22,329 bases of DNA from Gemmatimonadota bacterium (GTDB taxonomy: Bacteria; Gemmatimonadota; Gemmatimonadetes; Palauibacterales; Palauibacteraceae): the NCBI GenBank assembly GCA_039588275.1, contig JBDHAC010000061.1:1-22329 (forward strand), written 5' to 3'. The position numbers were made by a program, and so were the translations under genes. Positions 8,845 to 18,302 of the stretch are shown piece by piece. The notes beneath the pieces are model-generated. The model made no database searches and was not told where the DNA came from. It saw only the letters and a program-made list of their open reading frames with translations. Position 1 is the stretch's first letter. The number at the start of each line of letters is the position of its first letter.

Positions 8845-8890
8845 TTCAAGCTCCGCGTTACACAGTCTATAACTGCTTGCGTGGTAACGT
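8845..8890 (+). promoter_or_regulatory. Candidate sigma70-type promoter(s) upstream of the structured RNA
   Basis: TG-G-TAACGT (8882-8890) fits an extended -10 with a start near 8896. Alternatively TTCAAG (8845-8850)-17 nt-TATAAC (8868-8873). This is an AT-richer patch in GC-rich DNA. Confidence 0.35.
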
Positions 8891-8894
8891 GATA

Positions 8895-9039
8895 CGCGGG
8901 ATCGGGGGGTGCCTCTCCAGCGCCTGAAACGGCCACCGGGACGTTCTGCCCCATCGAGGCCGGAACGCTGGGTAAAACAGGTACCGCTCGCTTGCCTCCG
9001 AGCAAAGACGGTGGGCTAGGGGAGCGTACTCCCCCCGCG
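8895..9039 (+). ncRNA. Candidate structured non-coding RNA, family not recognised
   Basis: Hand folding gives long end-to-end pairing (8895-8938 with 9009-9039) enclosing hairpins at 8922-8933, 8942-8967, 8968-8980 and 8992-9005. Several G-U pairs favour the + strand. Confidence 0.5.
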
Positions 9040-9053
9040 AACACGGCTGCTTT

Positions 9054-9081
9054 GATCCGGGCGTCGGGTCGCTACCGGATC
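9054..9081. terminator. Hairpin between the candidate RNA and the convergent zinc-ribbon gene
   Basis: GATCCGG (9054-9060) pairs with CCGGATC (9075-9081), with an inner GCG/CGC. There is no clear U-tract. Confidence 0.3.
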
Positions 9082-9106
9082 CCGTTTCCGCGAATCCGTC
9101 AGTCCG

Positions 9107-9274
9107 TCAGGACTTGCGGCTCGTCTTGGCGAAGAACGCGGTGAAGAGCTGGTGCGTCTTCTTGCTGCCGCACCCCGGGCACTTGGGGTGCTCGTGCCCT
9201 GCGTGCTCGGACATCCGCTCGGAGACTGTGAACGTCTTCTCGCAGTCCTCGCAGACGAATTCGTACATGGCCAT
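9107..9274 (-). CDS. FmdB-family zinc ribbon protein
   Basis: MAMYEFVCEDCEKTF...CPGCGS: the YE-x-x-CxxC...CPxCGS signature, 55 aa from ATG 9274. Confidence 0.85.
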   Translation of the reverse strand: MAMYEFVCEDCEKTFTVSERMSEHAGHEHPKCPGCGSKKTHQLFTAFFAKTSRKS

Positions 9275-9641
9275 GTGAAACCTGCCGTGCTTCGATCCAC
9301 GATCGCCGTGAGCCGGGTGCCACGGCGGAGCCACACCGCGACCGGGAACGCGTGACTGCGTACCCGACCGCCACCTCTATTCTAGATGGCGCCAAGGCGT
9401 GGCAAAAGATGCCGCGCTTGCCCGGGGTCGCCCCTCCCCCGACATTCGCGTGCCTTCGTACCCGACCGGGGATGCGCTGGCCGGCGACTCGATCGCGAGT
9501 GGGCGGACGCCTCCGGAGAATCAAGTGGGGCCAGGGAAGGACCTGCAGCCGGGCAATTCGGGTATATTCGAGCCGGCCAGGAGGGAGGTTGGGTCGGATC
9601 CAACGAGGGATCCGTCCGGGATCTGAGAAGAGAGGTCGATC

Positions 9642-10217
9642 ATGGTTCGTCGTTTCGTATACCCCTTGGTGCTCATGGGCCTGGTGGCGGCACCGGCCCT
9701 CGGCCAGGATCCGGCGCCTGCTGCAGGCGAGCCGGCTCAAGCCCAGCCCTCGGAGCAGGCCACGGTGCCCAGGATCGCCGTCGTCAACGGCGACCGGATT
9801 ATCGTCGAGTCGACGGTGGGGCAGGCCGCGCAGGCGCGCGCGCAGGAGATCACGGCGACCTGGGAGGGGCGCGTGAGCGCCAAGCGTGATGAGCTGAACG
9901 CGCTCGTAACCCGCCGCCAGGACGAGATCGAGACGCTCACGGCGCAGACGCTCGCCGACCTGAACCAGCAGATCGATGACGCACAGCTGGAGCTGAACCG
10001 GCTCCAGGAGGATGCCAACCGGGAGCTGGGACGAAGCGGGCAGCAGGCGCAGACCGACATCAGCGCCCGGCTCATGTCCGCTCTCGATCTGGTAGCGCGG
10101 CAGCACGGCTATGACGTGATCTTCGACACGCGGACGCAGGGTCTGCTGTGGATCAGCGAGGCGGTCGATGCCACGGATCAGGTGCTGGCGCTGATGAACG
10201 GGAGCGCGGGCGGCTGA
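9642..10217 (+). CDS. OmpH/Skp-family periplasmic chaperone
   Basis: Signal peptide (AAPALGQ), RIAVVNGDRIIVESTVG, a long coiled coil, and VARQHGYDVIFD...DATDQVLALMN. GAGG RBS upstream. Confidence 0.85.
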   Translation: MVRRFVYPLVLMGLVAAPALGQDPAPAAGEPAQAQPSEQATVPRIAVVNGDRIIVESTVGQAAQARAQEITATWEGRVSAKRDELNALVTRRQDEIETLTAQTLADLNQQIDDAQLELNRLQEDANRELGRSGQQAQTDISARLMSALDLVARQHGYDVIFDTRTQGLLWISEAVDATDQVLALMNGSAGG

Positions 10218-10225
10218 GGCTCGCC

Positions 10226-10308
10226 GCTAGCCAGAACTCGGGGGTGCGGCGAAACCTCGCGGCTAGCCGGGTATCGGGGGGCGGCGGAAGCTCGTCCCCG
10301 CTTCGCCG
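10226..10308. terminator. Two GC-rich hairpins between convergent genes
   Basis: GCTAGCC/GGCTAGC (10226-10267) and CGGCGGAAGC/GCTTCGCCG (10282-10308). No U-tract. Confidence 0.3.
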
Positions 10309-10315
10309 GACCCGC

Positions 10316-11089
10316 CTATTCCGGCTTTCCCGGTACGAGCCCCGCCTCGATGGCGGCGTGGCGCCACTGGCGCGCGGCCTCTTTCCCGGGCCTCCCCGCG
10401 TGCTCACCCGACGCGTAGATGGTCTCGTACAGCTGGTACTGATCGCGCCGCCCGGTCTCCGGTTGTTTCGGGTTCGATCTGCGCGCTCCGTGCACCTCGG
10501 CTCTCTTTGCGATCCCGGTTAGCTGTCGGATGGCCATGATGCTGTCTATGAACCGGAACACCCACAACGCCGGTTGCGCCATCGCGCCCGCGGCGTCCGC
10601 GGACATCCGGATCACCAAACGCGAGCCCGAGCCCCTCGGCGTCAGCCGGATGTCGGTGGCCAAGCGGCTCGTGGCGCCCACGAAGCGAGTGCCTGGCACC
10701 CACCACGTGAGCTCGTGCCCCGGATCGATGTGCCGCAGGTAGCCGATGGGTGAAGCATCGCCGAGCTCGGGTGGTGGGATCCAGGAAACGATGTGGCGGG
10801 CGGACCTGAGGCCGGCGTTGTCGATGGCATCGTAGCTGTACCAGCCGGCCCCGCGTCCGAGCTGCGCCAGCCACATCCAGACGACGGCGGGCGGGGCCAT
10901 GATCGAGATGCCGCGTGTCATGGCGACGTATGCGGGGCGCCGGTCCGTGAAATACCCGTCCCCGGGCATCGGGGCCGCACGCTCCTCGGGCGTCGACCCC
11001 CAGCACACGCCCGACCGGATCACGACGGCCGCGAAGGCCACAAACGCGACCACCAGGATTCCCATCGCGGCGACGATCGGGACGATCAT
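10316..11089 (-). CDS. Membrane-anchored hypothetical protein, SRPBCC/START-like
   Basis: N-terminal TM helix, then WGSTPEE...MPGD, TRGISIMAPPAVVWMWLAQLGRG-AGWYSYD and LTGIAKRAE, as seen in SRPBCC-like hypothetical families. Confidence 0.7.
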   Translation of the reverse strand: MIVPIVAAMGILVVAFVAFAAVVIRSGVCWGSTPEERAAPMPGDGYFTDRRPAYVAMTRGISIMAPPAVVWMWLAQLGRGAGWYSYDAIDNAGLRSARHIVSWIPPPELGDASPIGYLRHIDPGHELTWWVPGTRFVGATSRLATDIRLTPRGSGSRLVIRMSADAAGAMAQPALWVFRFIDSIMAIRQLTGIAKRAEVHGARRSNPKQPETGRRDQYQLYETIYASGEHAGRPGKEAARQWRHAAIEAGLVPGKPE

Positions 11090-11204
11090 GGTTCCCTCGC
11101 TACCTCCGCCATGCGTGACTCAAAGCCGGAGCGTAATCAGACTCGGCGCGTGATCACAGCCGGAGCGTACCCGGACTCGCCGCGTCATCAGGGCCGGTAC
11201 GTCA

Positions 11205-11786
11205 TCAGAGCCGTAGGCGGTAGCCAATGGCGAAGCCCAGACGGCCGTCCTCCGAGCGCAGCGTCAGGGTGGCGGGCGGAATATCGCCCCAGCGCTCCGT
11301 CCTGATGAACGTGCCGATGAGGGCTCCAAGGCCGGCCATGGGGAGGGCCGTTCCGAGGATCACGAGGGCCTCGTCCCCCTCGCACCACCAGAGCCACTCG
11401 TCATTCCCGAAGTCGCAGTCGGGAAGCGAAAGCGCGCCGAGCACGCCCAGCCCAAGCCCGATGCCGCCACCCCACAGGGCGCCCGTCAGGGTGTTGCCCT
11501 TCTTGCCGAGGCTGACCTGGAGTCGTTCCACGGTCCCCAGCCCGACGGCGACCAGGGTCTCGTCTACGGGATCTCTCCTGAACCAGAGCGAGTCCGCAGT
11601 CCGGCGTGCGAACCAGCCTTCGACCGCCCCCGCGACCGGGAGTTGATCGCCCGATTCGGTCACCATTACGGGAGCCCGCACCTTGATCCGGGCGCCGCGC
11701 TCGAGGACGGGCATCTGCGCGTCGGTCGCGGTGGCCGCGAGCAATAGGAGGGAAGCAGTGGCGAACGGAAGCCTGAGACGATGCAT
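11205..11786 (-). CDS. Exported/membrane hypothetical protein with glycine-zipper-like helices
   Basis: GGAGG RBS (11793-11797) before ATG 11786, signal peptide ending TDAQ, two Gly-rich hydrophobic segments flanking a Cys pair. Confidence 0.72.
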   Translation of the reverse strand: MHRLRLPFATASLLLLAATATDAQMPVLERGARIKVRAPVMVTESGDQLPVAGAVEGWFARRTADSLWFRRDPVDETLVAVGLGTVERLQVSLGKKGNTLTGALWGGGIGLGLGVLGALSLPDCDFGNDEWLWWCEGDEALVILGTALPMAGLGALIGTFIRTERWGDIPPATLTLRSEDGRLGFAIGYRLRL

Positions 11787-12136
11787 CTCGCACCTCCAAT
11801 CGAGCGGGAGTGGCTCATCCGCGGCGCTCGTCTGCAGGATCGGAGCCGACGCGGGGCCGATCGGGACACCGTTCCCCGCGCGCGCGATCACGTCCCGGGG
11901 TGGGCCGATTCGGCCCTGTGCCGAGCGGGCGGAGGTCTGCCGAGGGCGAGCGAGTGGGGTGTTTCGTCCCGGTCACACGGCGGCCACGGGACCCGGCGCC
12001 TCGGCGATCGACACCGACCCCGCTCGCGGGAACGCCGAAAAGCTGCCGCGGCGGCCTCGAAGGGCTATCATGCGCCGGTTGGGTTTGGGCGGTGGGGTGG
12101 GGTGAAAGAGCCATCACGAAACCCGGAGCCGTAATC

Positions 12137-14302
<2,166 letters not shown>

Positions 14303-14325
14303 CTGGCCCGCTCGGAGACGCATTC

Positions 14326-14398
14326 GGCGAGGAGCCCATGAGGCGAGGAAGACCATGAGGCGAGGAACACCGTGAGGCGAGAAACACCGTGAGGCGAG
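14326..14398 (+). repeat. Degenerate 17-bp tandem repeat, about 4.3 copies
   Basis: GGCGAGGAGCCCATGA / GGCGAGGAAGACCATGA / GGCGAGGAACACCGTGA / GGCGAGAAACACCGTGA / GGCGAG. Confidence 0.95.
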
Positions 14399-14404
14399 CC
14401 CCGG

Positions 14405-16639
14405 ATGCCTGAAGCGCTCGGGCCGTATCGCATCCTCGATGTCCTCGGCGAGGGCGGAATGGGCGTGGTCTACGCCGCCGCGGATGAACGGCTCGGGCGG
14501 ACCGTCGCCGTCAAGACGCTCAACGAGAGTAACCAGATGTCGCGCGAGCGCCTCCTGCGGGAGGCGCGCGCGGCGGCCGGTCTCAACCACCCCGGTATCT
14601 GTCAGGTGTTCGATGTCGGGGAGGACGAGGGGGAGCTGTGGGTCGCGATGGAGCTCCTCGAGGGCGAGAGCCTGCTCGACCGGCTGAAGCGGGAGCGTCT
14701 GAGCGTCCACGACGCCGTGCAGATCGGTCGCGACATCCTCACACCGCTCGCCTTCCTGCACGAACAGGGGATGGTGCACCGCGACCTCAAGCCCTCGAAC
14801 ATCTTCCTCACACCCCACGGAGTGAAGCTGCTCGACTTCAGCCTCACCATGCCCGTGCAGGGGGCGGCGGACACCCGCGTGACGGCCGTCGGGACGATCG
14901 TGGGCACGCCGCATTACATGGCTCCGGAGCAGTGGAGGGGCGGGGAGGTCGGGCCGTACACGGACCTGTTCGCGTGCGGCGCCATCGTGTACGAGATGCT
15001 CGCCGGACGGTACGCGTTCGCCGGAGACGACCCGATCGACGTGGCGCACGCGTGCACGTTCGAAGAGCCCCCGCCGTTGGGGGGTGTCTCGGGCATCGAA
15101 GCGCTCGATGCGGTCGTGCGGGCGGCCGTCGAAAAGAAGCCGGAAGATCGATACGAGTCCGCGACGGAGATGGCGGCAGCCCTGTCGGCGGCCCTGGAGC
15201 GGTTCAAAACGGTCGCAGCATCGCCCGGATCCGATGCCGACGGGACGGTCGAACAGATCCAGCGCTTCATCGCGCTCCCCTTCCGGCTGCTGCGACCCGA
15301 TCCCGAGACCGAGTTCCTCGCCTCGAGCCTCCCCGAGGCGATCAGCGCATCGCTGGCCGGGCTCGAGCACCTGGTCGTCCGCTCCACGGGTCTCGCGCAG
15401 ATGGGGAACGGGGTCGAGCCCGATCTCAAGAAGCTGGCGACCGACGTCGAGGTGGATTACGCCCTGCGGGGGACCATCCTGAGCGCCGGGTCGCGCGTTC
15501 GCCTGAACGCGCAGCTCGTGGAGGTTCCGGAGGGGACCGTCGTGTGGACCCTCCAGGAGGACGTCCCGCTCGGCGACCTGTTCGAGCTGCAGGATGATCT
15601 CACACGCCGCGTGGTCGAGGGGCTGGCGCTGCCGCTCTCGCCGCGGGAAGAGGAGCGGCTGCAAGGCGACGCGCCAGCGAGCGCACGGGCGTACGAGCTG
15701 TATCTGCGTGGGCTCCACGCTGGCGAGAAGACGTTCACCAAGTCCGTGGCCATGGCTGTGCGCGATCTGTATCGCTCGTGTCTCGACGAGGACCCGAACT
15801 TCGCGCCCGCGTGGGCCCGGTATGGGCGCGTATGTCGGATCATCTCGAAATACGGCCTGGGGGACACGCAGGAGCACCTGAAGCTGGCCGAGGGGGCGTT
15901 CGACCGGGCGCTGGAGCTCGATCCCGACTCTCCGATCCTGCACAACTACTACACCTTCTTCGAACTGGAGGAGAAGGGTGACTCCCTGGGGGCGCTGCGG
16001 CGCCTGCTTGGACGGGTTCGTGACCGGACCGCCGACGCCAACCTGTACGCCGGGCTCGTGGCCGCCAGCCGGTTTTGTGGACTGTACGACGCGTCGGTGG
16101 CCGCGAGCGAGCGGGCGCTGCGGCTCGACCCGACGCAGGGGACGAGCGTCCACCACACCTACTTCCAGCTCGGTCAGAAGGAGAAGGTGGAGGGACGGGA
16201 TCTCCTGCATGCGCTCCTGGGCGAGGCCCCGGCGGCGATCGAGATCCTCCGCGGCCCCGAAGCCCGCGAGACCGAGGGAACCGTGCGCATCTACGCGGAC
16301 TGCGTGCTGGCGGCGCTCGAGGACCGACCATCCGATTGCGAGCGATCCTTCACAGCCGCCATGGACACGGGCCTGCGAGACCCCGAGCACACCTTCTACT
16401 TCGCCCGCGCGCTGTCGAAGGCCGGCCTCGGGCCCCTCGCGTTCGAGGCGATGGAGCGGGTCGTCGGGGGCGGGTTCTTCTGCGGCGTCCCCCTGCGGCG
16501 GGACGCGTGGTTCGAGTCGCTGCGCGCGGAAGACGGCTTCGAGGCCCTGGTGACCCGGGCCGAGGAGGGTCGGGCTACGGCCGTCGAGGTTTATCGCGAG
16601 GCGGGAGGGGAAGAGCTGCTCGGCGTGCCCGAGGAGTAG
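14405..16639 (+). CDS. Hanks-type Ser/Thr protein kinase with TolB-N-like and TPR domains
   Basis: LGEGGMGVVY, VAVK, HRDLKPSN, DFS (in place of DFG), GTPHYMAPEQ and DLFACG, followed by an IALPFRLL module and TPRs. Confidence 0.93.
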   Translation: MPEALGPYRILDVLGEGGMGVVYAAADERLGRTVAVKTLNESNQMSRERLLREARAAAGLNHPGICQVFDVGEDEGELWVAMELLEGESLLDRLKRERLSVHDAVQIGRDILTPLAFLHEQGMVHRDLKPSNIFLTPHGVKLLDFSLTMPVQGAADTRVTAVGTIVGTPHYMAPEQWRGGEVGPYTDLFACGAIVYEMLAGRYAFAGDDPIDVAHACTFEEPPPLGGVSGIEALDAVVRAAVEKKPEDRYESATEMAAALSAALERFKTVAASPGSDADGTVEQIQRFIALPFRLLRPDPETEFLASSLPEAISASLAGLEHLVVRSTGLAQMGNGVEPDLKKLATDVEVDYALRGTILSAGSRVRLNAQLVEVPEGTVVWTLQEDVPLGDLFELQDDLTRRVVEGLALPLSPREEERLQGDAPASARAYELYLRGLHAGEKTFTKSVAMAVRDLYRSCLDEDPNFAPAWARYGRVCRIISKYGLGDTQEHLKLAEGAFDRALELDPDSPILHNYYTFFELEEKGDSLGALRRLLGRVRDRTADANLYAGLVAASRFCGLYDASVAASERALRLDPTQGTSVHHTYFQLGQKEKVEGRDLLHALLGEAPAAIEILRGPEARETEGTVRIYADCVLAALEDRPSDCERSFTAAMDTGLRDPEHTFYFARALSKAGLGPLAFEAMERVVGGGFFCGVPLRRDAWFESLRAEDGFEALVTRAEEGRATAVEVYREAGGEELLGVPEE

Positions 16640-16796
16640 CAGCCCTCCCAATTGCCCGTCCCCCCCAGCCGGCAATCCGGCTGTCCGTCCCCGTTACCCA
16701 CCTGACAGTCACGAAGAATCCGGATCGCGCGTTCACACACTGGGCGGCGCGCGTCCGCCCATCGTGCGAATCCTCGGCCCTTTTGGGTGAGCCGAT

Positions 16797-17444
16797 ATGA
16801 ATATCTTCCGATGCCGTGCGTCTCTCGCCCCCATGACCGCGGCGATCGCGATCGCGAGCTTCTCCATAAGTTCATGCGACGAAACGACCGGACCGGACGG
16901 CGACGCCGAGATCTCGTTCGAATACGACGGCGCCTTGCACGGGTCGTTCGCCGCTTCGGGAGGCCCGCCTCTGTTCAGCATCGAAGGTGTGCCGCTGTTC
17001 GAGGAGTGGACGCTCGCAGCGGCGGGCGACTCGCTCGGGGGCGTCGTGATCGGTGGCTTTCGTGTGCTACCGACCGCGGGTCCCACCGGGCGCGGGGACC
17101 TGTTCGTGCTCCAGCTAGGGGCGCGGAGAACGGGCGAGTTTACCTGCGGACCGAGCGCCGAGTGTCACGGGCGCTTGCTGTTCGGCGTCCCCGACACGGG
17201 TGGGTTCGGCGTGCTGCCCGCAGACGAGTACTTCGAGATCGTCTCGGGTCAGGTCTCGGTGACGCGACTCGAGACGAACCGGATCTCGGGCACGTTCTCC
17301 TTCACGGCCCGCGACGAGGGAGGGACTGGATCCCGCACCCTCACGGTCGAGGACGGGAGCTTCGATCTCGCCTTCACCGAGACGAACGCGGCGATCTCCG
17401 TTGTTTGCATGGGGCGCGCGGCCGCCGGCGAGAGCTGCGAGTAA
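16797..17444 (+). CDS. Hypothetical lipoprotein
   Basis: Lipobox ISSC followed by DETTGP, and a beta-rich body (SGQVSVT...ISGTFSFTA...VEDGSF). The start could alternatively be ATG 16833. Confidence 0.75.
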   Translation: MNIFRCRASLAPMTAAIAIASFSISSCDETTGPDGDAEISFEYDGALHGSFAASGGPPLFSIEGVPLFEEWTLAAAGDSLGGVVIGGFRVLPTAGPTGRGDLFVLQLGARRTGEFTCGPSAECHGRLLFGVPDTGGFGVLPADEYFEIVSGQVSVTRLETNRISGTFSFTARDEGGTGSRTLTVEDGSFDLAFTETNAAISVVCMGRAAAGESCE

Positions 17445-17466
17445 CCCGGGAGGGCGACCGGATAGT

Positions 17467-17515
17467 TGAGAGCCTGTTGACAAAAGTTTCAGCTGAAACG
17501 TTCAACCAGGTCTCA
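17467..17515. repeat. Imperfect AT-rich palindrome with perfect 14-bp core
   Basis: TGAGA-G-CCTG-TTGA-CAAAA-GTTTCAG|CTGAAAC-GT-TCAA-C-CAGG-TCTCA. The core GTTTCAGCTGAAAC is at 17486-17499. Confidence 0.75.
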
Positions 17516-17526
17516 TACGAGCGCGA

Positions 17527-17760
17527 TTAGTTCCCCATGCGCTCCAGCAGGGCGTTGCGGTCCCTTAGGTTGACGCCTGATTGAACCCCACCTTCTACGA
17601 CCGGCCACCGGAGCTCGTACGACGAGATAGCACCGGACTCATGCCGCAAGAACTCGCGCAGCGCCGACTCCACGATGGAGCTGACGCTGCGGCGCGTCTC
17701 GGCGGCCCGCTTCCCCACCACACGCATCAAATCGGCATCTAGGTTTAGGGTCGTCCTCAT
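17527..17760 (-). CDS. Ribbon-helix-helix VapB-like antitoxin / CopG-family protein (orphan)
   Basis: MRTTLNLDADL...AAETRRSVSSIVESALR...GVNLRDRNALLERM, 77 aa, the typical pattern of VapB-type antitoxins. Confidence 0.8.
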   Translation of the reverse strand: MRTTLNLDADLMRVVGKRAAETRRSVSSIVESALREFLRHESGAISSYELRWPVVEGGVQSGVNLRDRNALLERMGN

Positions 17761-17820
17761 GCTGGAATACCTGCTCTGTCCACACGTAGGTGGCAACCGG
17801 CGTGTCGAACTGTTCTCACC

Positions 17821-18069
17821 TCAACCGAAGGCTCGGGCAAGCGCATCTCGCCAGATCTCCTCTGGCGCCAGCTTCACGGCCTCGACAAGCCCAAGATTAA
17901 CTAGAAGGAGCACCAGTAGCTTGCGGCGCTCGTCCGGCGAGTCGGCCGGCGCGATCAAGTAACCAGAGAAGAGTTCGAGCTTTTCCGGTGTCAGGGCCTG
18001 GAACTCATGGAAACCGACCGGTCGAGGCTCCAGCCCTGGTTCAGGGAGGTCTGCGTTCTCTTGAGGCAT
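17821..18069 (-). CDS. Small hypothetical protein
   Basis: 82 aa from ATG 18069. FQALTPEKLELFSGYL resembles the N-terminus of Uma2-like proteins and is followed by an amphipathic helix pair. Confidence 0.6.
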   Translation of the reverse strand: MPQENADLPEPGLEPRPVGFHEFQALTPEKLELFSGYLIAPADSPDERRKLLVLLLVNLGLVEAVKLAPEEIWRDALARAFG

Positions 18070-18302
18070 GTGCGGTAACCACCTGTCGAATGGTTTGCCG
18101 GGCACTTACGCGAGTTTTTTAGCTAGCCGAGGCGCGCCCCTTCTTACGTACCGGCCAGCGCGCAGCTCCACACTGAAACGTTGAACAGTACCGTCATCCA
18201 ACTCTCAACGCGTCGGCGAAACTGCGATCTCGGTTCACTGTCACCTTTTCAAGCGGAGAATGGTCCTGATACGATCAGATGCTCCCCAAGGACTGAGGAC
18301 GT

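Noticed and set aside
8919..8990. glmS ribozyme (AGCGCC), M-box or T-box similarity in the candidate RNA
   Set aside because: Only short word matches. GACGAGG, GGUGAGGCUCCU and the GGUGG-ACC T-box are missing, and there is no suitable downstream gene.
12090..12125. FMN riboswitch-like GGGGTGGGGTGAAAG
   Set aside because: The following conserved elements (UCCC.ACCGGCGGU, AGCCCGCGA) are absent and the downstream gene is unrelated to flavin.
14326..14398. Possible CRISPR array
   Set aside because: The units are contiguous 17-mers without unique spacers, and no cas genes are present.
17467..17515. Integron attC or Xer dif site
   Set aside because: No RYYYAAC...GTTRRRY pair in the correct arrangement, no XerD-box match and no integrase nearby.
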